A stretch of 64,000 nt of DNA from an uncultured bacterium (GTDB taxonomy: Bacteria > Verrucomicrobiota > Kiritimatiellia > PWTM01): NCBI GenBank assembly GCA_938005705.1, contig CALLML010000048.1, positions 2,066 through 66,065 of the forward strand, read 5' to 3'. A program made the translations under genes and the position numbers. The notes below the pieces were generated by a model, which saw only the letters and a list, made by a program, of their open reading frames with translations, was not told the origin of the DNA and did no database searches. Position 1 is the stretch's first letter. Each line of letters opens with the position of its first letter. Shown one piece after another: positions 41,751-51,437 of the stretch.

Positions 41751-42583
41751 AGCTGAGTCTGGCGGCGCATACATGGAGCGAACGACATCAGGTGGCGGCG
41801 ATTCTCGCTTCGACCGGCGTGGCTATCGTCGTGCTCTGGATTGTCGTGTTGGGCCCGTTGAATCTGAAACGACGGGCATTGGAGCGGGAAATACGCTCCA
41901 TGAGGGAACAACTGGCCGAGAAGAATTTTCTCATGGGCGAGGAAGTCCTGCGCGAACGCCAGCGGGAGGAGGTTGAGCGTGGGCATCGCTGGTTCGAGGA
42001 GTGGCGCCAAACCGTGCGGCGGCTGGCGTTAATGGAATCGGTGGAGGAGGAGGGTGACCTCCGGGTCGGGCATATTGACTTCAAGGTGGCGTTGTATGAG
42101 GCTCGCTTTCGGATGACTCGCAAAGCCCGGTCGCTGGGCATCCAATTGCCTCCCACGTTGGGTATGGAAGAGACTGTACCCAGCGGCGAGGACGCCCGAA
42201 AACTCCTTTATCAACTTCGCGCATTGGAAAAGTTGACCGACCTGGCATTGGATTTGCAGGTTGGCGCGGTTCACCGCCTGGAGCCGTTGCCCCCCATTCG
42301 CCATCCGGCCCCGGGCGCGGAAGGCGTGTTTCTGGAGGAGTATCCGGTGCGCATCCTCTTTGAGGGCGATATCGGCAAACTACGAGAATGGCTCCGCGCA
42401 ACGGTGCAGCCGGGCCGCGGTTTCGCCCTCCGACATCTGCGGGTGGATGGGGTGCCGAAAGGAGCGCCCTCGACTTTACGCGTGACGTCCGTGATGAGCG
42501 CCTTGATTTTCCCCAAAAGCATCGAGGAACTGGCGGGGGGATTCGAAGAAAGAATCTTGTACACCAAACCCTTGGGACATTAA
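41747..42583 (+). CDS. PilO/GspM-like protein, Amuc_1100-like
   Basis: N-terminal TM, coiled coil, DFKVAL..KARSLGIQLP..LG..P..ARKLLYQL pattern, ferredoxin-like tail. ATGA overlap with the pilM-like gene. Confidence 0.6.
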   Translation: MKLSLAAHTWSERHQVAAILASTGVAIVVLWIVVLGPLNLKRRALEREIRSMREQLAEKNFLMGEEVLRERQREEVERGHRWFEEWRQTVRRLALMESVEEEGDLRVGHIDFKVALYEARFRMTRKARSLGIQLPPTLGMEETVPSGEDARKLLYQLRALEKLTDLALDLQVGAVHRLEPLPPIRHPAPGAEGVFLEEYPVRILFEGDIGKLREWLRATVQPGRGFALRHLRVDGVPKGAPSTLRVTSVMSALIFPKSIEELAGGFEERILYTKPLGH

Positions 42584-42620
42584 ATAGGGGCGAGGTACGG
42601 CGAAAGACTGATAGGCGTGT

Positions 42621-43211
42621 ATGGACTCTGTACGTAAATGGCTGATGCGGGCAAACGCGCTCGCCGTTTTCACGGCAGGCCTTATCGCGCTCGGATTGCA
42701 GATCGCATGGCTCATTTGGCGGGAAACGCGTCCAGCACGCGTAGAGATTTCTCCGTCTTCCGTACGCCCGCGTTCCCAGACCGATGAATCTCTGGGGCTC
42801 CTGGCCTTTCTCGATGCGGTGGCCGAACCGCGCGTCTCCTCCGGCAACCCCTTTCTGAATCCTCGGCCGGAGCGACCGCCAATTATCCGCCCTTCCCGAC
42901 CGCCGCCGAATTCGGAACCTCTGCCGCCTCGCCCTCCCGCACCTCCTCCGCCGCCACCACCTCCCAAACGTGAGATGATCCGCCTGACCTATCGCGGGCT
43001 GTTCCAAAACAGCGCGGCTGAAACGAGTGCGCTGATAGAGGATTCGAAACATCGCCGGCGATCCTTCTACCACGTCGGAGAAACGCTCTTCGGCATGCGC
43101 GTGCAGGATATCCGCATGTTGGAACTTTTGCTCCGGCCGCCAGAGGGCGAAATCGTCATCCTGAAACTCGGCGAGCCGTACGAGTTTGAGGAACGGCCGC
43201 ATGGATATTGA
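42621..43211 (+). CDS. PilP/GspC-like proline-rich membrane-anchored protein
   Basis: TM, NPF motif, poly-Pro linker, C-terminal beta domain LTYRG..ALIE..YHVGET. Confidence 0.6.
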   Translation: MDSVRKWLMRANALAVFTAGLIALGLQIAWLIWRETRPARVEISPSSVRPRSQTDESLGLLAFLDAVAEPRVSSGNPFLNPRPERPPIIRPSRPPPNSEPLPPRPPAPPPPPPPPKREMIRLTYRGLFQNSAAETSALIEDSKHRRRSFYHVGETLFGMRVQDIRMLELLLRPPEGEIVILKLGEPYEFEERPHGY

Positions 43212-44952
43212 CGCCGCTTCCCCCGCGCCCCGGCCGGGGCTGCGATGGCATTCGGACCAGCTCATGCTTGAGCTGGGAACGTTGCTTGTCGAACGTGGCT
43301 TATTGACGCGGGCGCAATTGGATGACCTGGCGTCACGCGCCGCGTTATTGGGTGAACCTTTGTCGCGCCTGGTGGTGGAGAGCGGATTGGCGCCAGAATC
43401 CGAGGTGCTGCCGCTACTGTCAACCCTCAGCGGTATTCCGTTTGGCCATATCGCCGATTTTCGCGTCGATCCCGCGGCCGTGGCCCGTGTGCCGGCGCGC
43501 GTGGCATTGCGCTATCAGGTTATGCCGCTGGAGCTTCGGGGAGGCGTGATCCGGTTAGCAGTGTCCGAAGTGCCCGCTGTAACCACGGTGGACAGCCTGC
43601 GGATGGTGCTGAACCTGGCCGTCGATTGGGTGCTCTGCACACGGCAGGATATCGCCCGCACGATCAAGCATTTTTATGGACTGGGTATTGAGACCATCGA
43701 TGCAATGGGCGAATTGAAAGAGATCGAGGAAGAGTCGGTCAGCCCCGATGTCGCCGCACCCGAAACCGATGCCGGCATCATCCGCTTCGTGAACCAGATC
43801 ATTCATGAAGCCATTCGCATGGAAGCCACCGACATCCATATTGAGCCTTTTGAAAACGACCTACGGCTTCGCTATCGCATCGACGGAATCTTGCAGACCA
43901 TTCCCATCCCCGCCAACGTCAAACGCGTTCGTCGCGCCGTTGTCTCGTGCATCAAAATCATGGCCGATATGAATATCGCCGAGCGGCGCAAGCCGCATGA
44001 CGGCCGTATCAAGGTGCGTAGCGGCGCTGAGGAATTCGACTTGCGCGTGTCCATTCTGCCGACGCGATACGGCGAGACCGTCAATCTCCGCATTTTGAAT
44101 CGCAAGTCCATGTTCATGGACTTGGAGCATCTCGGTCTCACTCGCGAACAACTTCCGCAGATCGAGTATCTTTCCTCATTGCCCCACGGAGTCGTGCTGT
44201 TGACGGGTCCCACCGGCAGCGGAAAGACCACTACCTTGTACGCGGTGCTCTCGCGACTGAATAAACCTGACGTGAAAATTATCACGGTCGAAGACCCCAT
44301 CGAATACCAGATGCAGGGTATCAACCAAATCCAGGTACATGCCCAGATCGGCCTGACGTTCGCCAATATCCTCCGATCAATTCTCCGGCATGATCCCGAC
44401 ATCATTCTGATCGGCGAAATCCGCGACTCGGAAACCGCCGACATCGCCGTGCGCGCTTCATTGACCGGCCACCTCGTATTCAGCACGCTGCATACCAACG
44501 ATGCGCCCGGCTCCGTCATGCGCCTCGTGGACATGGGCGTCGAGCCGTTCCTGGTGTCGTCCTGCCTGGAGGGCGTGGTCGCCCAGCGCCTCGTACGCCG
44601 TATATGCCGGTCCTGCCAAGAGGAATATACGCCGGAGGATGTCATTCTGGAGGAAGTCGCTCGTGCATGGCCGGACCGCTCAGCCGGCGGACGCTTCTTC
44701 CGAGGCCGCGGCTGTCCGGAATGCAATTTCACCGGATATCGCGGTCGCATCGCGTTATTGGAAATCATGCTGATGAACGACGCCATTCGCGCCATGGTCA
44801 CGCACCAACGTCCGTCGAATGAAATCAAATCGCAGGCCATCAAAAATGGCATGATCACGCTCCGTCGAGACGGGTGGAGCCGAGTGTTGGAAGGCATCAC
44901 CACAGTCGAGGAAGTCCTGCGCGTGACCCGAAGGGACGACCTGCCGATTTGA
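43201..44952 (+). CDS. GspE/PilB assembly ATPase with N-terminal MshEN-like domain
   Basis: ATDIHIEP, Walker A GPTGSGKTTT, TVEDPIE, LRHDPDIILIGEIRD, TGHLVFSTLHTN, CxxC..CxxC zinc motif. Confidence 0.95.
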   Translation: MDIDAASPAPRPGLRWHSDQLMLELGTLLVERGLLTRAQLDDLASRAALLGEPLSRLVVESGLAPESEVLPLLSTLSGIPFGHIADFRVDPAAVARVPARVALRYQVMPLELRGGVIRLAVSEVPAVTTVDSLRMVLNLAVDWVLCTRQDIARTIKHFYGLGIETIDAMGELKEIEEESVSPDVAAPETDAGIIRFVNQIIHEAIRMEATDIHIEPFENDLRLRYRIDGILQTIPIPANVKRVRRAVVSCIKIMADMNIAERRKPHDGRIKVRSGAEEFDLRVSILPTRYGETVNLRILNRKSMFMDLEHLGLTREQLPQIEYLSSLPHGVVLLTGPTGSGKTTTLYAVLSRLNKPDVKIITVEDPIEYQMQGINQIQVHAQIGLTFANILRSILRHDPDIILIGEIRDSETADIAVRASLTGHLVFSTLHTNDAPGSVMRLVDMGVEPFLVSSCLEGVVAQRLVRRICRSCQEEYTPEDVILEEVARAWPDRSAGGRFFRGRGCPECNFTGYRGRIALLEIMLMNDAIRAMVTHQRPSNEIKSQAIKNGMITLRRDGWSRVLEGITTVEEVLRVTRRDDLPI

Positions 44953-45000
44953 GCGGCTCCGAATCTTGCGCATTGCGTCCGCCTTCCGTACATTGCGTCT

Positions 45001-46524
45001 ATGTCCTGTGGCTGGGTCCAGCGTCGGCGCCTGATGCTTCGTGGCGCAGTGGTAGTCCTCTGGGCCGCCTTGATGGCGCGTTTGCTGATCGGCGAGGTGT
45101 TTCCTGATTTTTTCCGCTTGCGTTCGGCCGGCTACCGCGCCTGGTTGGGCGGCGTTCCCGCCATCACGGATCAGTGGATGCGCATTCTTGTCCAAGATCA
45201 GCCTATTGGGTATAGCCATACACGCATCGACCTGCGCACCGTGGGAGGCCGCGACGAATTGATGCTGCAGAACCGCATGCGGTTGTCGCTATCCGTTCTC
45301 GGACAGCCGAGATCCGTGACCCTCTCCTCCGACGCGCATCTCGACGCCGACCAGCGCCTGCGGCAGTTCTCCTTTCGACTGGAGAGCGACCTGTATCGTT
45401 TTCAGATCTCCGGACAGCGGCGTACCGGACGCCTCTTCGATATGGTGATGGAAACCGCCGCCTTACGGCGCACATTCTCCGTAGAGATTCCGGATGACGC
45501 GGTTCTCTATTCCTCCCTGGCAGAAATGCAACTGGCCCATCTGGCGCACGGACGTGACATTCGGGTGCACGTCTTTGATCCGGTGGCGCTTTCCACCACC
45601 ATCCTAACGGTGCGTGCGATCGGCCGGGAGCCCATCGAACTGGACGGGGCCGTGCAGGAGGCGCTGGTCGTCGGGATCGAGTATCGCGGCATGACCATGC
45701 GGGCTTGGGTGTCGCCGGAAGGGCGCATATGGCGTCAGGAAACGCCGTTCGGGTGGACGTTGGAGTCCGCTTCGGCGCGTTCCGCCCTGGAAACGGTACG
45801 GGCAAACCGCACAGGGGTTGAAGTCCTGGATGCGGCGGCCGTGCCCATTGTGGCTGGCTCCGTTCCGGCTCTGAATAGCCCCTCGCTGGTCATCCGTCTG
45901 TCCGGTGCGCCGACCCTTCAGCGCGGATGGCCCGTCTTGCCGCGGCAAACGGTGCTTCGTCGTGAGCCGGAAGCCATTACGTTGCACATTGTCGCGGCGC
46001 CCGAGCGTGTGGAACATACTGAACCATTGAGCGATGATGAGCGGGCTCGTGGGCTTGAGACGACGATGTTCGTCCCCCATGACCATCCAGAGATCCGGCG
46101 TCAGGCGCGAGCGATCGCTCCGAACGAAACGGACCCGTTGACCATCGCGGAAGCGATTCATCACTGGGTCCATGCCCATATCCGGAAAAACCCTGCCATC
46201 AGTTTGCCGTCGGCATTGGACGTACTGCGGGAGCGGTCGGGAGATTGCAACGAGCACACCTACCTGTTCGTGGCTTTGGCGCGGGCGCGCGGATTGCCTG
46301 CTCGTATTCTTGTTGGTCTCGTGCCGCACGAAGACGCCCTCTACTATCACGCTTGGCCGGCCGTCTATGTCGGCGGCTGGATCGAAATGGACCCGACGCT
46401 CGGCCTTCGTCGAGTCGGCGCAGCCCACATCGCGCTCGCAGAAGGCGAAATGGAGGGACCGATGGCCCTGATCGGGCTCGTGGGGCGACTACGCGCGGAG
46501 TTTATGGATGCAAGCCATGATTGA
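45001..46524 (+). CDS. Membrane-anchored transglutaminase-like protein
   Basis: N-terminal TM. Cys-His-Asp triad in GDCNEH, YYHAW, EMDPT. Confidence 0.85.
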   Translation: MSCGWVQRRRLMLRGAVVVLWAALMARLLIGEVFPDFFRLRSAGYRAWLGGVPAITDQWMRILVQDQPIGYSHTRIDLRTVGGRDELMLQNRMRLSLSVLGQPRSVTLSSDAHLDADQRLRQFSFRLESDLYRFQISGQRRTGRLFDMVMETAALRRTFSVEIPDDAVLYSSLAEMQLAHLAHGRDIRVHVFDPVALSTTILTVRAIGREPIELDGAVQEALVVGIEYRGMTMRAWVSPEGRIWRQETPFGWTLESASARSALETVRANRTGVEVLDAAAVPIVAGSVPALNSPSLVIRLSGAPTLQRGWPVLPRQTVLRREPEAITLHIVAAPERVEHTEPLSDDERARGLETTMFVPHDHPEIRRQARAIAPNETDPLTIAEAIHHWVHAHIRKNPAISLPSALDVLRERSGDCNEHTYLFVALARARGLPARILVGLVPHEDALYYHAWPAVYVGGWIEMDPTLGLRRVGAAHIALAEGEMEGPMALIGLVGRLRAEFMDASHD

Positions 46525-47269
46525 ATTGCAAAACGTCACGAAGGTCTTCGGAAAAACACGGGCCGTGGATGGATTGACGATGAGGATTGCAAGGGGCGAA
46601 ATTTTTGGTTTTCTCGGTCCGAACGGCGCGGGGAAAACAACGACTATCAAGATGCTGTGCGGCCTGCTCCGTCCCACCGCTGGACAGTTGTTCATCGGCG
46701 GGGCCGATCCTCTTCTCGGCGGGCCGGATGTGCGGCGTCGCATCGCCTATATTCCCGACACTCCCTTTTTGTATGACCGGCTCACCGCGGCCGAATTCTT
46801 CGAGTTCACCGGCCGACTCTACGGCACGCCGCCGCGCCGCATCGAGGCGGCACGGGAACAGGCATTCGCCCATTTCGATCTGACCGATGCCGCCGACGTG
46901 TTGATCAAGGACTTCTCGCACGGCATGAGGCAGCGGCTGATCTACGCCACGACCTTTGCGCGGGACCCGGAAGTTTACTTTGTGGATGAGCCGTTTATTG
47001 GTCTGGACCCGCGCGGCATTCGATTGATCAAGGGCCTCCTGCGCGAACGCGCCCGCGGCGGCGCTGCCGTTTTTCTCACAACGCACATTCTCGCACTCAT
47101 CGAGGACCTCGTGGATCGCGTCGGGATTCTTCAGCGCGGCCGGCTGATCGCCAGCGGCACCCTGTCCGAATTGCGGGGCGGGTCTTCGAAGCAGCGATTG
47201 GAAGATGTTTTTCTCGATCTTACCGAAGGGAACCCATGTCCCTCTCCGCCGAACCAATCCGTGAATTGA
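46517..47269 (+). CDS. ABC transporter ATP-binding protein (exporter type)
   Basis: GPNGAGKTT, signature FSHGMRQRL, Walker B YFVDEP, TTH. Confidence 0.93.
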   Translation: MIELQNVTKVFGKTRAVDGLTMRIARGEIFGFLGPNGAGKTTTIKMLCGLLRPTAGQLFIGGADPLLGGPDVRRRIAYIPDTPFLYDRLTAAEFFEFTGRLYGTPPRRIEAAREQAFAHFDLTDAADVLIKDFSHGMRQRLIYATTFARDPEVYFVDEPFIGLDPRGIRLIKGLLRERARGGAAVFLTTHILALIEDLVDRVGILQRGRLIASGTLSELRGGSSKQRLEDVFLDLTEGNPCPSPPNQSVN

Positions 47270-48957
47270 AACAGTCGGACGCGCCGCCGGGCCCCCTTTG
47301 GCTCTTGCGCGCGCGATGGCGCGCCATCACGCATGCCGCTCGGCTACGGGAACACTCTCGTTTGGAGGTGATTTTTGTAGGCGCCTTTGCTGTGTTGTTG
47401 CCGCTGGGGCTCTTTTGGACTTTTCTTTCGGGATTCCGTTTCCTCACGACCCTCGGCGGCGTTGGACTGATGCTGGTTCGTCCGATGTTTTCCCTGTTTT
47501 TCCTCGGTATTGGGGCGATGATGACGCTGTCAGCCTTTGTCACGGCTTTTTCAACCATTTTCCGCTCGGAGGAAACAGAATGGTTGCGTGCGAGTCCCGC
47601 GGCTCCACCGGTGATCGCGCTTTATAAATGGCTTGAGACCTCGTTTTTAAGCGCATGGGCCTATTTCTTCATCGTCCTGCCTTTCGCGGCGGCCTATGGG
47701 CGTCACGAGGGCTACATGGTGCTTTTCTCGATGGCGATGCTGGCCTATTCAGTCCCTTTCGTGATGCTGTGTTCCGGTCTGGGCTTGTTGAGTTGTATAT
47801 TTGTGGCGCGTTGGGCACCCCGCGGGCGGGCGCTGCGCGTGCTGCCGATGGTCGGGATCGGTCTTGCCTTGGCGGTCCTATGGCGCGCCCGGCCGACTCC
47901 GGGCGAATGGGGCGGCGAAATAGGCTTGTTCCTTCAGCGTATCGCGCCGGGGCTGCGCATCTCGGCACATCCTATCTGGCCTAGCGCATGGCTGGCAGAG
48001 GGCGTCCTGGCAGCGGCGCGGGGGGCATGGGGCCGCTCCGCTTTTTACTGGGCGCTGCTCGTCGCCAATACAGCAATGCTGGCGCTGGCGATCGAGGCGG
48101 CGGGGCAAAAAAAACTCCCCGAAGCATGGTTGCGCGTGGCGGATGCCACGGGCGTTCGCGTGTCGCGTCAGAAAAGCGTGCGGAGGCGCCGACGGAGTGT
48201 ATGGGCATGGCCGCTCTTCGCTTCCGACTGGATAGCTCTCGCCCTCAAAGATATAAGAATTTTTCTGCGGGACCCCGTGCAATGGTCGCAGGGGCTTTTC
48301 TTCTTCGCGCTGTTGGCCCTGTACTTTCTGAACCTCCGCACGTTTCGATACGACGAACTGGATGCGACCTGGCGCGACTTGATCGCGTTTCTCAATGTCT
48401 TTAGCGTTGCGGCTGTCGCATGTTCCTTCGCATCGCGATTTTTGTATCCCCAGTTGAGTCTCGAAGGCCATGCGATCTGGATTCTCGGCCTTTCGCCCGG
48501 CGGCCTTCTGCGCGCCTATGCGGTCAAGCTGGCGGTTTCCATTTTCGGCCTTTCAGCCATATCGGCCGGTCTGACGGCGTTGTCGGTCCGCATGCTCGGC
48601 GCTGGCGCGGTCACGAGTCAAACGGCAGTGGCGGTTGCGTGCTTGCTGGGAGGTTCAGCCGCCTGTCTGTCCGTGGGTTTAGGCGCGGTATTTCTGGATA
48701 CCCGCGAGAGAAATCCGGCGGCCATCGTGTCGGGTTTTGGAGGTACGCTGAATCTGATTCTCAACCTGGGCCTGATGCTCGCGGTGACAGTGACGTTTGG
48801 GGCGCTTTTCCATCTCCGACATCGGTTGGCAATGGCCGACGGACTTTTCTTGCGTTATCGCGCATTCGCCCTTGCGGCGCTCGCATTCGTGTGCGGAGCG
48901 GCCTCCACCGCTTCGGTATGGTTCGGCGCGGTTTCTTTGCGGCGCCGCGAGTTTTGA
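47236..48957 (+). CDS. Putative ABC exporter permease (two membrane halves)
   Basis: More than 12 TM segments, KDIRIFLRDP, SLEG..WIL motifs. Overlaps the ATPase gene. Confidence 0.85.
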   Translation: MSLSAEPIRELKQSDAPPGPLWLLRARWRAITHAARLREHSRLEVIFVGAFAVLLPLGLFWTFLSGFRFLTTLGGVGLMLVRPMFSLFFLGIGAMMTLSAFVTAFSTIFRSEETEWLRASPAAPPVIALYKWLETSFLSAWAYFFIVLPFAAAYGRHEGYMVLFSMAMLAYSVPFVMLCSGLGLLSCIFVARWAPRGRALRVLPMVGIGLALAVLWRARPTPGEWGGEIGLFLQRIAPGLRISAHPIWPSAWLAEGVLAAARGAWGRSAFYWALLVANTAMLALAIEAAGQKKLPEAWLRVADATGVRVSRQKSVRRRRRSVWAWPLFASDWIALALKDIRIFLRDPVQWSQGLFFFALLALYFLNLRTFRYDELDATWRDLIAFLNVFSVAAVACSFASRFLYPQLSLEGHAIWILGLSPGGLLRAYAVKLAVSIFGLSAISAGLTALSVRMLGAGAVTSQTAVAVACLLGGSAACLSVGLGAVFLDTRERNPAAIVSGFGGTLNLILNLGLMLAVTVTFGALFHLRHRLAMADGLFLRYRAFALAALAFVCGAASTASVWFGAVSLRRREF

Positions 48958-49020
48958 TCGCCAATGCAGGATCCGCCTTTGCTCTCACAAGGCAAGGCGT
49001 TGAAGTCGATGGCGAAACGG

Positions 49021-51183
49021 TCAGGACCGCACAAAAAACGGGAGCCAGCCGCCAAGACGTCCCGACCGATAGAGCAGCAGAAACACAAAGGCCGCCAGCA
49101 GGGCCACCCAAAAGAACATCCGCGTGCGCTTCTTATCCGCAAAGGGATCCTTGACCGGGACGATGGCGTTTAGGGGCGGAACGGCCAGCTCTGTCAGCGC
49201 GGTGCCCATGCGAATATTGAGCCGAGCTTGCGTATTGATGGCCCACCCGTTTGCATCCAAAATCGGACCGAGATTGCGCCGCCGCAGCTTCAATGCCGCC
49301 AGGAACATGGAGGGACCGGAAATCAGTAACAGAATACCCGCAAGTCCGACCGGCAGCCACCACCCCAGACCGAACAAAGCTTGCAGCAGACCACCGATCA
49401 GCGCGCTGATGCCGCCGATGGCCGTGCCGATCAGCGCAATAGTGCCCAGGTCAATTTTCTCTGGCCGGGACGGCAGGGACGTCTTCGCGGGAACGGTGGA
49501 GACGACCTGGGTCGCCGTGTCCCCCAGACGCGCTGTCACGGTCGTGTCGGCCGCCTGCGCGCGTCGGGCGAACTGCTCCTCGATCATGCGAACGAGTTTT
49601 TTATAGGGGGACCAAAAGGCTTCCCGGATGCTGATAGGGTTGGACACGACTTTGGTCACCGTCGCGTCCCAATCCAGTCCTCGACGATCGTAAAATACAC
49701 CGTTGCGCCCAGCCAGGATGTTGTCGGCATCGCCGTCGGTGATAACGGCCACGATGCTCTTTTTTGTGCTGCCCGCGCGCGTCAGGTCGCAATAGACGAG
49801 GAAAGCACCGGAGAAGGTCGCCAACGCCGCATGTTTGGCCGGATCCGTGACTTCGATGCAAAGACGGCAGGCCCGACCATCCAGATAGAGCGTCCCTGCC
49901 TGAAAGAGGACTTCGGTCTCGCGCCGATAGAAGGCGCGAAAATTGACCGAATTACACAACAGCGTGAATAGGTGTCGGCGAAATCGCACCAGCTTTTCCA
50001 CATCGCTCAGGCGTTCGAATTCCGAAGCCGGTTTTAAGTCCCGCTCGATCTCCTCGATCAGGCGCGCTTGCAGATGCCCTGCCGACATTTCCTTCAGACG
50101 CACAAGGCCCAATGATTCGACGGCCGTGAGGGGCTTTTCGGCGGTCCATTTTTCCCAGGCAGAGAGCCGATCGAGCAGAGTGCGCCAATCGGCCTCCGAC
50201 AGCTCCATGCGCTCGCCGCCGAGCAGCGGTTCCACCGCTGCGGTTCTCAAATCATGGATCGCCGCCGCCCAGGCCGGATTGACGGAGGTTTCAGTCAGCG
50301 GCAAAGGGCGCGCCGCAGCGGCGATGGCCATGGGGAAAGCGGCGATTGTTTCGCTCGCGGCGCCGATCATCTCCGTTGCGACCGCGCGATAATCCGACTC
50401 CGAACGATGTACGGCCGTTACGGCCGCGGGGTCAAACGCGATCAGACGGCAGCGGGCAAAATAATCTTCCACTTTTTCGCGGAGACGGCACACAGCAGCG
50501 GCTGCTGCCGCAGTTCGCTCAGGGCCAAGAGGTGCGATGCGCGCATCCGCTGTCGAGCGGTCCGCCCAAGCGATCAACGCCTCGGCTTCTCGGAAAAAAC
50601 GCTCGATTTTCTCGCGATTGATTCCGGGTTTGCCGCCGCGATCCTCAACGGAACCAAGGACATCCATGATCTCCAAAATGGCGCGGCGCAGTTCATCGTC
50701 GCCCGCCGATTCCGGGGGCAGGACGCCGTCACCGTTGTACCGGGCCGCGTTCAAGACGCGCCGACGATCAGCGACATCGGAGAGCGAGATGTGATCGGCT
50801 GATTCTTTGCCCAGGCTTTTCAGGATTTGTCGAGCGGAAGATTGCAACGCGGAATCGCGAATCGCCGCGAGCGGAACATCTTCGCCCGCTGTCACGAGAA
50901 GCTCCGGATCATTCAGCGAGTCACAGAGCCATCGGACAGCGGCCAGGATTTCGGGAGGACGAATGTGACCGTCGTGATCCGTGTCGATGAATTCGGCGGT
51001 CCGCGCATCATACTCCACGCCGGCAACCGGCATGGAAAGGGCCATCCAATACTTCTGGTCCAGGGATTCGAGTCGAGCGATATCCGCTCCGCGTTCGATC
51101 ACCGGCTGCAGGACACCGCCGACCCGTTGAAAACGCCATCCATTCAATCCGCCTGCCAGCCTCTTTTTATTGTTCAACGTCAT
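49021..51183 (-). CDS. Uncharacterised EF-hand-containing membrane protein
   Basis: Canonical EF-hand loop DTDHDGHIRPPE, long helical region, GRNGVFYDR, TM hairpin, RNLGPILDANGWAIN, C-terminal TM. Confidence 0.75.
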   Translation of the reverse strand: MTLNNKKRLAGGLNGWRFQRVGGVLQPVIERGADIARLESLDQKYWMALSMPVAGVEYDARTAEFIDTDHDGHIRPPEILAAVRWLCDSLNDPELLVTAGEDVPLAAIRDSALQSSARQILKSLGKESADHISLSDVADRRRVLNAARYNGDGVLPPESAGDDELRRAILEIMDVLGSVEDRGGKPGINREKIERFFREAEALIAWADRSTADARIAPLGPERTAAAAAAVCRLREKVEDYFARCRLIAFDPAAVTAVHRSESDYRAVATEMIGAASETIAAFPMAIAAAARPLPLTETSVNPAWAAAIHDLRTAAVEPLLGGERMELSEADWRTLLDRLSAWEKWTAEKPLTAVESLGLVRLKEMSAGHLQARLIEEIERDLKPASEFERLSDVEKLVRFRRHLFTLLCNSVNFRAFYRRETEVLFQAGTLYLDGRACRLCIEVTDPAKHAALATFSGAFLVYCDLTRAGSTKKSIVAVITDGDADNILAGRNGVFYDRRGLDWDATVTKVVSNPISIREAFWSPYKKLVRMIEEQFARRAQAADTTVTARLGDTATQVVSTVPAKTSLPSRPEKIDLGTIALIGTAIGGISALIGGLLQALFGLGWWLPVGLAGILLLISGPSMFLAALKLRRRNLGPILDANGWAINTQARLNIRMGTALTELAVPPLNAIVPVKDPFADKKRTRMFFWVALLAAFVFLLLYRSGRLGGWLPFFVRS

Positions 51184-51437
51184 TTCGCATTTCCTCACAG
51201 CGGGGACCCAGAGCGGCGAACACCCGCTCTCGTTGAACCGCAGTCAGCTGATGGAATCCATACATCACCAGGCCGGCGTCAGTGGAAATCGGAATTCGCG
51301 TCGGAGGGCTGATCGGCAGATCGCCGCCGGTCGAGTGGGGAAGGGATTGCCATCGGCGTCCGCCAGTGATGCGCGCCGGCACCGCCCTCACCGGCGCGAC
51401 CGCTTCGACCGCGGCGGAGAGGCGGTGCAGTTCCGCG

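Noticed and set aside
42895-42966. CCG/CCT-rich low-complexity tract
   Set aside because: Explained by the poly-proline linker of the PilP/GspC-like protein.
51200-51430. GC-rich hairpins between hydG and the EF-hand gene
   Set aside because: Short stems are expected at this GC content, and there is no repeat partner or recognisable motif.
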